The position numbers and the translations under genes are program-made. The notes beneath the pieces are model-generated. The model searched no databases. It saw only the letters and a program-made list of their open reading frames with translations, and was not told where the DNA came from. Shown here piece by piece: positions 47,424-57,200 of a stretch of 64,000 nucleotides of DNA; position 1 is the stretch's first letter, and every line of letters begins with the position of its first letter. Source of the stretch: a virus; IMG/VR virus record IMGVR_UViG_3300031787_000044, positions 25,573-89,572 of that record. The stretch is one strand, 5' to 3'.

Positions 47424-48380
47424 TTACGCTGCCTCTGCCATCTCAACTGCGAGATTGAGAGCATCAACCTTTCGCTTTGCGTTAACGCCGAACCAAGCCG
47501 ACGAAAGGCGAGTGTCGTTGGAACGACCGAGTTCGTGGTCAGTCATGTAGGTAACTGCGTTGAACATCTGCCAGAACGAACCCTTTTTGAACTCTGCACC
47601 GGGCTGGCTTTCGACAACTTCGAGAGCGCGTTCGGCGGTCGGCGACAGAAGTTTGCCTTCTTTGGTGGACTCACCGAAGATCTGACCGAAGTACTTCTCG
47701 AGGTCTTTCTGACCGTACTGCTTCGAACCAAGAAGTTCTGCAGCCGATTTAAAGGTTTCAACCTTACGGTGAGACAGACCGAGCAGTTCTTTAACGCGGT
47801 TGGCGTCGAAGACGGAACGGTGGTTCACGCGAACAGCAGCCTGGCCGCTTTCAGCAAGCGCGACAGTAAGAGTGTTGTTGCAGACGACGCGCTCAAGAAC
47901 GAAGCGAACGTCGATCGACTTGCCGTACTGATGAGGGTTGGAGAAGAGGAGGTAACCTTTAACCTCATCACCACCGAACAGAGTGAAACCGTCGCGAACG
48001 TCTGCGAGAGCCCAGATGATACGACCGTCGCGAAGCGAACCAGCAGTATCCATTACCATATCGCCTTTGGAGACGAAGTCAGCAAAGAACTCAAAAGCTT
48101 CGGAGTTCTGCACAGGGTTCCAACCAGGACCGACTTGAGTCAAGATCTTGCCATCGGTTTCGCGGATCAGCGACTGCTGCCCGGTCGGAATGCGATTGCC
48201 GTTGAACTCGATAAAGGAGTCAACCTTCTGAACGTTCCAGTTGAGACCGGCAGCATTCATCATTTCGGAGGGAGTCATATCGTCGCCAACCGGAGTACCG
48301 AGGCCATGCCACGGTTTACCTTTCGACGAGCGGTAAGCCATCTGAGCAACGCCGTCGATCATTTCAATCATATGAGCCAT
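47424..48380 (-). CDS. DUF932 family protein
   Basis: MAH..E...PWHGLG; PVQN.EAF.F; TAGSL..GR.IW; RVVCNNTL. Confidence 0.85.
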   Translation of the reverse strand: MAHMIEMIDGVAQMAYRSSKGKPWHGLGTPVGDDMTPSEMMNAAGLNWNVQKVDSFIEFNGNRIPTGQQSLIRETDGKILTQVGPGWNPVQNSEAFEFFADFVSKGDMVMDTAGSLRDGRIIWALADVRDGFTLFGGDEVKGYLLFSNPHQYGKSIDVRFVLERVVCNNTLTVALAESGQAAVRVNHRSVFDANRVKELLGLSHRKVETFKSAAELLGSKQYGQKDLEKYFGQIFGESTKEGKLLSPTAERALEVVESQPGAEFKKGSFWQMFNAVTYMTDHELGRSNDTRLSSAWFGVNAKRKVDALNLAVEMAEAA

Positions 48381-48417
48381 TCTGTAGACCTTTTCAGTTT
48401 TCGTTTCCTATATTGTT

Positions 48418-48446
48418 AGAATACACTGATTCTAAACGAATGTCAA
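48418..48446 (-). promoter_or_regulatory. Early promoter copy 1 (GANTC in spacer)
   Basis: TTGACA-ttcgtttagaatcagtg-TATTCT, 17-bp spacer. Confidence 0.8.
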
Positions 48447-48454
48447 CCATTATC

Positions 48455-48754
48455 TTAGTGAATAAGTGTAGAAGTCATTGGGAGCGCGTCCATCATCTTA
48501 TGTGTATACCGATGGTATCCATTCTTAATGAGATAGATAGCGTCTATATATTCGCCCTTCGTCTCTACTGGAACTATATTCCAATCACCGCGATCTCTTC
48601 CTAAGTATTCGTCTATGTAGTCGTTTGCTTCCTCTTTCGTATCAAAAGCAATCGCTTTCGAAAGACCAAGAACATCATTCTTGGCAAAGATGCCAAACTT
48701 CTGAAAGGCACCAAGAAAGAAGCCAAGTTCTTCTTCAGCGATTGCGTACTTCAT
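48455..48754 (-). CDS. Hypothetical protein
   Basis: 99-aa ORF in the early minus-strand run. Confidence 0.6.
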   Translation of the reverse strand: MKYAIAEEELGFFLGAFQKFGIFAKNDVLGLSKAIAFDTKEEANDYIDEYLGRDRGDWNIVPVETKGEYIDAIYLIKNGYHRYTHKMMDALPMTSTLIH

Positions 48755-49274
48755 GATCTTCGCTTTCTTCTATGAAGAGATTAAAGTGAACTTCTGCAAT
48801 ACTGCTAACTATCTCGTGAATACGATTCGCAGTCTTAGTAGGATACCCATTTACACGAATGATCGGTGCTGCTCGCTTCCACTGTTCCTTATCAAACATG
48901 TGACAGCCCATAGTGATATGTTCGTCGGTAATAATCACCTTATGATCGAAGCCTAGAACGACCTTTGGAGGAACCGAAACCTTCGCCTTTTCAAAGATGA
49001 CGATTCCATACCTTACTTCAGCCTTTCCATATACTTCAACGTCATCCTCAAGAGTAACGCCATCAGATATGTACGCATTTCCGTAAACTCTTACGCGATT
49101 GAGTATCTTAGAACCATTCATAACCATAGCATTTCCGCCAACTTCTGCTTGAGGATCTACTATACTATCGTCTGACACCGTCGCGGTATTCGCAACTATG
49201 CCTCCGCCGTTCTTATGATGATGAGATGGAACAGGGCCGTTTCCATCTCTAAAGTCGTGTAAAAATGTTTCCAT
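48735..49274 (-). CDS. Left-handed beta-helix (hexapeptide-repeat-like) protein
   Basis: HKNGGGIVANTATV; AEVGGNAMV, VRVYGNAYI and VEVYGKAEV repeats. Confidence 0.65.
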   Translation of the reverse strand: METFLHDFRDGNGPVPSHHHKNGGGIVANTATVSDDSIVDPQAEVGGNAMVMNGSKILNRVRVYGNAYISDGVTLEDDVEVYGKAEVRYGIVIFEKAKVSVPPKVVLGFDHKVIITDEHITMGCHMFDKEQWKRAAPIIRVNGYPTKTANRIHEIVSSIAEVHFNLFIEESEDHEVRNR

Positions 49275-49831
49275 TAAGTAGTTACCTCAAACCATTCTGG
49301 GATATCGCGTTTTGTCCACACCATCTTAAAACGATGTTGCTTTGTCTGATAAAACTTACGATAAGATCCCACTACGTCGTTTGGATCCATACACTCTGGG
49401 TTAGCCTTCATAGCGAGTGGCTGCTGTGTTAGATAACCGATAGGAATGTTTTTTGGAAGACTGTAGAGCGCTTCTCTTAGGAGTTTATCGGTGCCGTGAA
49501 CTTTACCATAACGATATTTATACTCGTCACAGAGAGCAGCGAAGTGTACCCAATGCCACGTATAGTTGTTGTTTGACTTCGTAGTCCATACGGTACAAGG
49601 ATGGTTCATATGCACCGCTTTGTAGAAGATGTTTTCGCGCTCGTCTGGCATTGTCCAGTATTTAACGGTGGTCTTACCTGACTTTGAGGCTCTCCTCTCT
49701 AGAGTGCCATCGAGCATTCTATGGGCAGTGGAAAGCATCTGAGCAGATTCCACAATCATTTTAACCACATGCTTATCGCATTGCAGTTGCGCAGCTTTTA
49801 CTGGGTCTTTATTAAGAACGAATAGATTCAT
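49274..49831 (-). CDS. Pyrimidine-dimer DNA glycosylase family (endonuclease V-like)
   Basis: MNLFVL..DP..AA...CDKHVVKM.VESAQMLSTAH; H.NHPCTVW; EY..RYGK.H. Confidence 0.75.
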   Translation of the reverse strand: MNLFVLNKDPVKAAQLQCDKHVVKMIVESAQMLSTAHRMLDGTLERRASKSGKTTVKYWTMPDERENIFYKAVHMNHPCTVWTTKSNNNYTWHWVHFAALCDEYKYRYGKVHGTDKLLREALYSLPKNIPIGYLTQQPLAMKANPECMDPNDVVGSYRKFYQTKQHRFKMVWTKRDIPEWFEVTT

Positions 49832-50028
49832 TTGCGATATGTTTGTCCTACACCTAGAATACCTAATTCTACAGATATAATATGGTTGCACTTATATGTC
49901 AACCTTTTCTTACACGTACAGGATAGTCCATCTTCGTGCATCTCTACATGACAGCCGCGAAACGGCCATGTAGTTCCGACGAGATAATTACCCTTTGTGT
50001 TGATTGCTCTGTGTTGAAAGAAAGTCAT
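49828..50028 (-). CDS. Small SWIM-type zinc-finger protein
   Basis: CTC......CNH motif. Confidence 0.55.
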   Translation of the reverse strand: MTFFQHRAINTKGNYLVGTTWPFRGCHVEMHEDGLSCTCKKRLTYKCNHIISVELGILGVGQTYRK

Positions 50029-50031
50029 GTC

Positions 50032-50226
50032 TTACTCGAACTCGCAGACAAGTTCCTCGTAGTAGTAGCAGTCATCAACATATTCAGGATCGTACTGCTT
50101 TTCGTGAGCTTGCTGAGTGTGATACTGATGACGAGCAAAATCACTCTCTGCTTCCAAATGAGCTTGGAGTTCGCTGTCAACAGTTGCGCATGCTGAAAGA
50201 GCTACGAGGATAACAAGATATTTCAT
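50032..50226 (-). CDS. Putative lipoprotein
   Basis: MKYLVILVALSAC lipobox-like signal. Confidence 0.6.
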   Translation of the reverse strand: MKYLVILVALSACATVDSELQAHLEAESDFARHQYHTQQAHEKQYDPEYVDDCYYYEELVCEFE

Positions 50227-50456
50227 AGAGGCTGTCCTTCTCCAACGCCATCTTCAATTTCTTTTGCCCAAGCAAGAATGCGAGCATCAGACTCTTTCTG
50301 CTCGAGTTCTTCTTCAATACTCCAGGAGCGAACTACTGCCCACTCTCCAGAGTTAGTCAGATCGCCGTGAATCTTGCGAGACACTTTTTCAGAGACCGGT
50401 CCATAGCGAAAGAACTGAGCGTCTTCACCAAATGTTCTAGCTTCAACCATCCACAT
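50223..50456 (-). CDS. Hypothetical protein
   Basis: Tightly packed in the early operon. Confidence 0.55.
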   Translation of the reverse strand: MWMVEARTFGEDAQFFRYGPVSEKVSRKIHGDLTNSGEWAVVRSWSIEEELEQKESDARILAWAKEIEDGVGEGQPL

Positions 50457-50458
50457 TT

Positions 50459-50689
50459 TTAAATCTCCTGGATCGTGGCAGACATATGTTCTTGGTCAAT
50501 GTCGCCAAGAACTTGAGAGACGAGTTCCTCAAGACAATCTTTACTATCAGAAGAGAATTGATAGAGAGGATTTCCGCCGGCAGGGCCATACTCAGCAATA
50601 AGTTCAGCAGTGCAACCGTGTTCAGTTGCGAACTGATGGACTGACTCTTGAGAGGCTTCGGCGGAGATGTCAAGTTCAGCGATGTACAT
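50459..50689 (-). CDS. Hypothetical protein
   Basis: First gene after early promoter copy 2; AAGGA RBS; GPAGGNP motif. Confidence 0.6.
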   Translation of the reverse strand: MYIAELDISAEASQESVHQFATEHGCTAELIAEYGPAGGNPLYQFSSDSKDCLEELVSQVLGDIDQEHMSATIQEI

Positions 50690-50715
50690 AGTGGATCCTT
50701 TCGTTTGATATAAAC

Positions 50716-50744
50716 AGTTTATACTGATTCTAAACGAATGTCAA
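50716..50744 (-). promoter_or_regulatory. Early promoter copy 2
   Basis: TTGACA-ttcgtttagaatcagta-TAAACT. Confidence 0.8.
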
Positions 50745-50762
50745 TAGACTTAGCACACTTTT

Positions 50763-51110
50763 TCATTTTTTGTCGAAAGGAAGTTCCCAAAGGTTATGAG
50801 GAACATCATTATCGGTGTATGGCAATTGTTTCAAAGATTGTTTGAAAGCTTTTTTGATTTTTCCAGTAGGAGTCCAAATGTCGTGAGGGAATGCGATCAC
50901 GGGATACTTGTATTTTCCGTCGATTGTATATTCCGCGATGATGATATTTCCCTCGATATCAAATTGTTCCCTGTCAGTTGTAGAGATGTAGTCGAGAATC
51001 TGTTGAGAGTTGAGAGGGATGTTGTCAGTATTGAGTTGAAGTCCATAAGGGTTTTCGATGAAAAAGCGATCGGTAGGAGTGTAGGTATAAGACATGCGAT
51101 TTCCTTTCAC
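50763..51110 (-). CDS. Hypothetical protein flanked by two promoter repeats
   Basis: ORF between promoter copies 3 and 2; the start may be the internal MSYTY. Confidence 0.55.
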   Translation of the reverse strand: MKGNRMSYTYTPTDRFFIENPYGLQLNTDNIPLNSQQILDYISTTDREQFDIEGNIIIAEYTIDGKYKYPVIAFPHDIWTPTGKIKKAFKQSLKQLPYTDNDVPHNLWELPFDKK

Positions 51111-51121
51111 GCTATAGTATA

Positions 51122-51150
51122 CCTATATACTGATTCTAAACGAATGTCAA
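51122..51150 (-). promoter_or_regulatory. Early promoter copy 3
   Basis: TTGACA-ttcgtttagaatcagta-TATAGG; the -35 box overlaps the exonuclease stop codon. Confidence 0.7.
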
Positions 51151-51818
51151 CCGTTTTCGTGAATTTGTTTGTACTTTTTTCGAACTGAAAGGAAATGTGT
51201 TAGATAGTCATATGTGTTGATCTTAAACACTTGAGGTTCGTCTCCGTCGACCATGATGACGATGACTCCTTGCTTGATAGGAATACCAGTTCTCTCAAAG
51301 AATGCAGCAGCATAGAACGAAGCCTGAATAAAGTAGTTAGTGATCCACTCGGCGTTCTTTGGTTTCCTCGACGTCTTGAAGTCTATGATCGAGAGCTCGC
51401 CGTCAAACTCAGCGATGCAGTCAACCTGTCCTGCGCATTTTAGATGATCGCTATACAGAAAGGACTCTTGGAACCATACGTTGTTGACTCTCTCGTCTAG
51501 TATCTTTTTGATCTGAGCAAACGAGAAGAGGTTCGAAGGCATGTGCCCTTTCTGCCAATCCGGTTCGTTATTTAGATAGTCTTCGGCTAACTTGTGTACC
51601 GCAGTACCACGAGTCGCCGCTTGAACCGATATGCGGTTCGCTTCTTCTTCGCCAACTCTTTTACGCCACTCTAGAAGACCGCCTTTGTCCATGACGGATA
51701 GAACTGTCGTGATGGATGGATAAGCATTACCTTCAGGAGTATAGTACTTCCTTCCAGTCTCGGTAGTCTGTCTCGTAATGACTGGAAGCACTACACCATG
51801 ATTGACGTGATTAAACAT
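51147..51818 (-). CDS. PD-(D/E)XK exonuclease of T4-like phages
   Basis: YPSITTVLS; RGTAVH; AGQVDCIAE...IIDFKTS; Y.IQ...Y. Confidence 0.85.
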   Translation of the reverse strand: MFNHVNHGVVLPVITRQTTETGRKYYTPEGNAYPSITTVLSVMDKGGLLEWRKRVGEEEANRISVQAATRGTAVHKLAEDYLNNEPDWQKGHMPSNLFSFAQIKKILDERVNNVWFQESFLYSDHLKCAGQVDCIAEFDGELSIIDFKTSRKPKNAEWITNYFIQASFYAAAFFERTGIPIKQGVIVIMVDGDEPQVFKINTYDYLTHFLSVRKKYKQIHENG

Positions 51819-51841
51819 ATTAGTTCCTTCGTGTTTGTTCT

Positions 51842-51870
51842 ATTATACATTAACACCGAAGAAATGTCAA
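51842..51870 (-). promoter_or_regulatory. Consensus sigma70 promoter for the exonuclease
   Basis: TTGACA-N17-TATAAT. Confidence 0.85.
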
Positions 51871-51875
51871 CCTTT

Positions 51876-54233
51876 TTAGCCGCGCCGTCTTATTCTTGGG
51901 CGAGGCCAAAGCCTCCTTCCATAGTAGACGAAACTTCCGTTTACCGTCCTAGGTCTAAAGTTCGTTTGTGGAAAAATTCCACCTTCAATTAGTCTTTGAT
52001 TAAACCATCTAGCGAATCTATTCGGCGCGCCTTGAAGACTTAGCGTTTGCATTGCGCTATCTTCACCAGTGTCACCCATCTGATCTTTATTTGAAAAATC
52101 TATTAACCATCGAGATGCTTCTTGCTGTTTTATGTTTGGCCAATGTTCCGCAAGACACGCAATCATGCCAGTTACTTGAGGCGCAGCCATGCTCGTACCT
52201 TGCTGCTTGCCTAAGAAGTAGTTCGAGTTTCTAGGATCGAGTACGGATGAGCTCACAGCTCCATATGCAGTATGCGTACTACTCTGTATTTGACGCCCTG
52301 CTGCAAAAATATCAACTTGGTTTCCACAGTTACTAAACGTTGCTTTGTATTCCGCAGAATCGCTTCCTACTGCGCCTACTGTTATAACCGGAGCATATCC
52401 TTGCCCAGCAGCCCCAGTCCCACGATTTAGATACAAAACAAAGTTTGTACCTGAGACCGTAGCATAGAATATATTATTGTAATCCTGATCAATATTATTT
52501 ACAACTTTCCAATATTCATTTCCTGCAGCAGCTATTACTATTATTCCATCATTTATTGCATCTTGTATATCAGCATCGCGTGATGTAGAATAAAACGGAA
52601 CTTCTGGAGTCGTCCCGGTAGTATAGAACCCGCGTGCTTGTAATTCTGCAACTGTAAGAGATCTTCCAGGATTAAAATCTACACCGCGATAAACAACTCT
52701 AGTGACTGGCCCAAAACTGCCAGTGTTCCATATAATACTGCTTCCATAACTATGATTTGATATCGTAGGATTTCTTCTTCCAGTATTCGTGTTAATTGGC
52801 TTGTTATTATGCCAAGCTCGTACATAATCCCAGTATGTTGTAGAATCTAATCCAAGAGTTCCAAAGTTTTGATTTGATGAATAGATGCTAATATTATAAA
52901 TGTTTGCATCTCGAGCCCAACCTTGAGTATTACCAGCTGCGGTTCCTGCGACATGCACGCCGTGATTGTTTTGAGAAGTTCTGTTTGAGCTGTTTGGATC
53001 AACATACGGAGTATACACATAAGTTCCAGTGCCGAAACCAACATCGTTTTGAAACCAATTGTACTGAACTATTCTAGAACCGCCGGTGCCATCAGAATTT
53101 ACAGCAAACTCCGGATGAGACGGATCTACGTGTCCGTCAAAGATTACAACATCAACGTTTCTTCCTGACGCTGTTATAGTTAAGTCTGAAGAAATATTAG
53201 AGGTGTTGTTATCGCCCCAGTTTGTTCTATTCGCAGTGTTGTTTACTAATTGATATATTGAAGGCTCGCTTCCATCACATAAATCAATGCGAGGTTCGGC
53301 AAATTGTAATCTTGTGGTATTATCGTTGCAGTAGTAATGATAGCATCTATGTTGCCCTGTTGTACTAGTTGGGCCCCATTTTAGATCACTAACTATGTTG
53401 CAATAACTAATATTTCTTACTTTTGTTGTACTACCCGGTGTGTAATAACCGGAATCTGGATGATTTCCTGTATGCGTTGTGTTTGATGGGTATATAAATC
53501 CACACACTAGATACCATTGATTCTGTGTTAGAATGCTTGTGCTAGAACATTCCCAATATGGATTACTTTTTTGACTTCCGTCGGACGTAGAAAATACACC
53601 ACCATCCGAATTAGTACCAAGATAAAATGTTCCGCCACTGGTAGACGATGTTCTCCGAACCCATACAGAGAATCTGTAAAGTTTTGATCTATCGATAGCT
53701 AGGTAACTAGTATTCCATCCGCCATCGGCCTCATTGTTTCCGCTTGCCCGCGTTTCCCAAACAACACTCGTATTTCCCCAAGGATCTGTAGCTGATACTC
53801 TCGCGTTTTCAGTAGTGTCACCGTTTTGATTATAATACACGATACTCCCGGTTTGCCCTGCACGCCAATCAGTAGTGTCAATCAAAGATGGTCTAATAGA
53901 CTCTGACTGTCTTAAAAGACCCCAATTTATATCGTTTGCATCGGCGCCCCAATCTTTAGCAAAGCTACCTGATGTAATTTTATATCCTAATGGTCGCGTC
54001 GAGATCTCCAACAATTCTAAGAGTTCAACACCCCAAACTCTCTCGTCTTGACGCAACAGTTCTGCCTCTTCAAAGGTAAGCATATAATGAGTGTTACGGC
54101 TCATTGGTCTTCTTTTTGCTAAAACAACAGCCCTATCTGGAATGTAAAGACTTCCCCCAGGAGTCTCCATGTCTTCGTAGAAACTTTCAAGATCTTCGTG
54201 ATTGTAGAGAGTAACTATCCACTCTTTTAGCAT
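51876..54233 (-). CDS. Subtilisin-like S8 serine protease with an inserted beta-rich domain
   Basis: VVIFDG (Asp), HGVHVAGT (His), AAAGN (oxyanion Asn), GTSMAAP (Ser). Confidence 0.88.
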   Translation of the reverse strand: MLKEWIVTLYNHEDLESFYEDMETPGGSLYIPDRAVVLAKRRPMSRNTHYMLTFEEAELLRQDERVWGVELLELLEISTRPLGYKITSGSFAKDWGADANDINWGLLRQSESIRPSLIDTTDWRAGQTGSIVYYNQNGDTTENARVSATDPWGNTSVVWETRASGNNEADGGWNTSYLAIDRSKLYRFSVWVRRTSSTSGGTFYLGTNSDGGVFSTSDGSQKSNPYWECSSTSILTQNQWYLVCGFIYPSNTTHTGNHPDSGYYTPGSTTKVRNISYCNIVSDLKWGPTSTTGQHRCYHYYCNDNTTRLQFAEPRIDLCDGSEPSIYQLVNNTANRTNWGDNNTSNISSDLTITASGRNVDVVIFDGHVDPSHPEFAVNSDGTGGSRIVQYNWFQNDVGFGTGTYVYTPYVDPNSSNRTSQNNHGVHVAGTAAGNTQGWARDANIYNISIYSSNQNFGTLGLDSTTYWDYVRAWHNNKPINTNTGRRNPTISNHSYGSSIIWNTGSFGPVTRVVYRGVDFNPGRSLTVAELQARGFYTTGTTPEVPFYSTSRDADIQDAINDGIIVIAAAGNEYWKVVNNIDQDYNNIFYATVSGTNFVLYLNRGTGAAGQGYAPVITVGAVGSDSAEYKATFSNCGNQVDIFAAGRQIQSSTHTAYGAVSSSVLDPRNSNYFLGKQQGTSMAAPQVTGMIACLAEHWPNIKQQEASRWLIDFSNKDQMGDTGEDSAMQTLSLQGAPNRFARWFNQRLIEGGIFPQTNFRPRTVNGSFVYYGRRLWPRPRIRRRG

Positions 54234-57200
54234 TTAGGATGCCTCTATCTGTACTAGAGAAAGTGTAACTGTTACAGTTGACGTTCCTTCACCCTGATAT
54301 GTTACTTTACACGGAATGTTAGTTGTTGGAGTCGTTTCATAATTATATCCGAAAACAGCAGGAGAGATTAAAACAGTTTCAGAACCACCTGTTACAACTT
54401 CAACAATAACTCCAGCATCTGGATCCGGATCTGTGTATTGATTTCTTGATGCATCTGCTGTTCTACTCGCACCATTTACATATAGTCTCACCCAAGCAGC
54501 TGCGCTAGTGGTGATAGCCATTAGAGAATATCCTTTGAACCCGGTAATATTTAGATCTGCAGTACTAAAGCTTGCTAAAGAAGAAGTTGTTCCGGCCACT
54601 GTTGTTCTAGCAGCCATGCCAGATCCACCTTCGCCTCCACTGGTACCTTGAATACCTTGCGGGCCAGTTATACCCTGAACCCCTTGAGACCCAGCCCCAC
54701 CAGTACCCTGAATACCCTGAACACCTTGAGACCCAGCACCACCAGTACCCTGAATACCTTGGACGCCTTGATTTCCAGAAATGCCTTGGATGCCCTGTTC
54801 ACCGGTAATACCTTGTTGACCGGTGATACCCTGAATACCTTGGACGCCTTGATTTCCAGAAATGCCTTGGATGCCCTGTTCACCGGTAATACCTTGTTGA
54901 CCGGTGATACCCTGAATACCTTGGATACCTTGCGATGCAATTCCTTGCACACCCTGTAAATTTCCGGTGTGATAAACAGTATAATCGTTTATCTTTACAC
55001 CATTTATACTTGGAACTCTAAAGTGGATTTCGTCATCTGCGTCATTTGTCATTTGTAGTGTAAGCTGTGTGGCTTCACCGGATGAAGCTGTAAGATACAT
55101 AGATGCGGTATCACCGCCTCCACCAAACGCATCGTTAGGGAATCTTATTCCACTCGCACTAGCGTGAATTGTGTTAGTCGTATGCACAGTGCCATCTTCA
55201 TTTATTCTAAAGATCGTATTTGTGCTATTAACAGTATCTATATAAGGGCGCGTGTTATTGTAGAAACCGAAATAATTACTAGCTTCTGTATTGTTATCAT
55301 CTATAAAGAAGTGCATAGACTGTCTAGAATAAGCGGCCCAGGCGTTTTCTCTATCGGTCGGTTCGTCATAATCTGGATCTATTCTAAGACTCGCCTCACT
55401 CGCAGCTGCCCCAGAAGTACCTTGAATACCTTGAATACCTTGAATACCTTGACGACCTTGAATACCCTGAATACCTTGCGAACCCGATCCACCACCTCCA
55501 ATTACGTATGTTTCAGAGTCGAATGAAGATCTCCAAACTGTAGTCCCGCTATCTGGGTTGTGATAGAACCTTCCAGGCTCAGAAATTTCACTAAACGGAC
55601 TTACAACATCCGTAACATCTTGGTAATACGGAGCAGTTGACGATGGGCCGTAGACTCTGCCTGTCTCTACATCATATACAAGACCATCGTCATCCGAAAC
55701 ACCGCCAAACGTCGCGTTCGTAAAAAACGACGATGCCTGACTATGGACCAAATAACCGTACTGTTTAGAGCCTTGGAATTTTGCCAAATATGCTGCACTA
55801 GTTAGATTAACTGTGAGTGCCGAGGCGCTAAGAAGAGTTGTGCTGCCGAATGCCGATGTTTTCGCGGTAATGCTATTCCCGCTTCTAACTATTTCTACTC
55901 TAGTAGATCCAAGCGCAGCCCAACCACCGGTTGCTGGAACCGAAGAAGACCCGTTACTAATAACAACTTGGTCAGATTGTAAAAGATTATAAACTAACGA
56001 CCAAGTCCCGACCGCCGCGCCCGACCCTCCACCGGTTCTAATTGCTGATAGCGTATGTTCTCTATAGCCAGCTTGACCAAACGTTCCTTCGGTTGCGAAT
56101 GCAATCACTACACCAATCGTGTCATTGTCACCAGCAGAGCTAGAAAGGTCAACCGTGTGAGTATACGTTAAGTATCTTTTCTCAGAAACAAACCCGGCTG
56201 CAGTTCCAGTATTCAATGAGCCAAGGATTCTTTGGTTGCCTGCGTCATAAGACCATTGCGACGGTCCTACGTCTGCAGCACTAGCTGGATATACTAGAGA
56301 AGAATTATGTGAAAACCTATACCAAGTGTTAAAGATTTCTTGTTGACTAACTACCGGTGGAGGACCGGTAAAGTAAGTAGGTAATTCACTCACATTAGTG
56401 ATGATAGTTGGTTCTATGTTAAGAAGATCGTCGAATTCCGCGTTGTTTGTGCCGCTCTGTGAATTATATAAGACCTCGCCTTCTTGACCGATAGGCAGTG
56501 TTGAGCCTCCGCCTGCGCCAGCGTTACCTTGAACTCCTTGAATACCCTGTGAGGTTCCGGCTTGTCCTTGAAGACCCTGTTCTCCAGCACCCGTAATTCC
56601 TTGAATGCCAACACTTCCTTGAATACCTTGGATACCCTGTACACCTTGGTCTCCTGTACCTTGGATACCCTGAATACCTTGTCTACCCTGAATACCCTGA
56701 ATACCTTGACGACCCTGAATACCTTGGATTCCTAGAATACCCTGAGTACCTTGTTCACCACGAATACCTTGGAAACCTTGCCTTCCTTGTACGCCTTGTG
56801 CGCCAGTCGTTCCTTGTCTTCCCTGAAAACCTACACTGCCTTGGACTCCTTGACGCCCTGTAGTACCTTGAGTACCTTGACGTCCTTGGACTCCTTGGCT
56901 GCCTTGTGTTCCCTGCGTTCCTTGCGTTCCTTGAATACCTTGTACACCTTGGTTTCCTTGAATACCCTGGATACCTTGACGACCCTGGATACCTTGAATA
57001 CCCTGAATACCTTGACGACCCTGAATACCCTGAATGCCTTGGATACCTTGAATACCCTGGATACCTTGGATACCCTGTACGCCTTGAATACCTTGAATAC
57101 CCTGGATACCTTGGCGACCTTGAGTACCTTGCATGCCCTGGATACCTTGACGGCCCTGGCTACCTTGGATACCTTGAACACCTTGACGGCCCTGAATACC

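Noticed and set aside
47367-48419. 350-aa plus-strand ORF
   Set aside because: Antisense shadow of the DUF932 gene, which has the promoter and the family motifs.
51147-51818. Cas4 / CRISPR adaptation gene
   Set aside because: PD-(D/E)XK nuclease without the four-Cys Fe-S pattern; no array or other cas genes nearby; a common T4-like exonuclease.
53230-53900. Intein in the S8 protease (insert begins SLIDTT and ends LVNN-T)
   Set aside because: No recognisable intein block B (TxxH) or terminal His-Asn and no LAGLIDADG motif. The content looks like a beta-sandwich tail-type domain.
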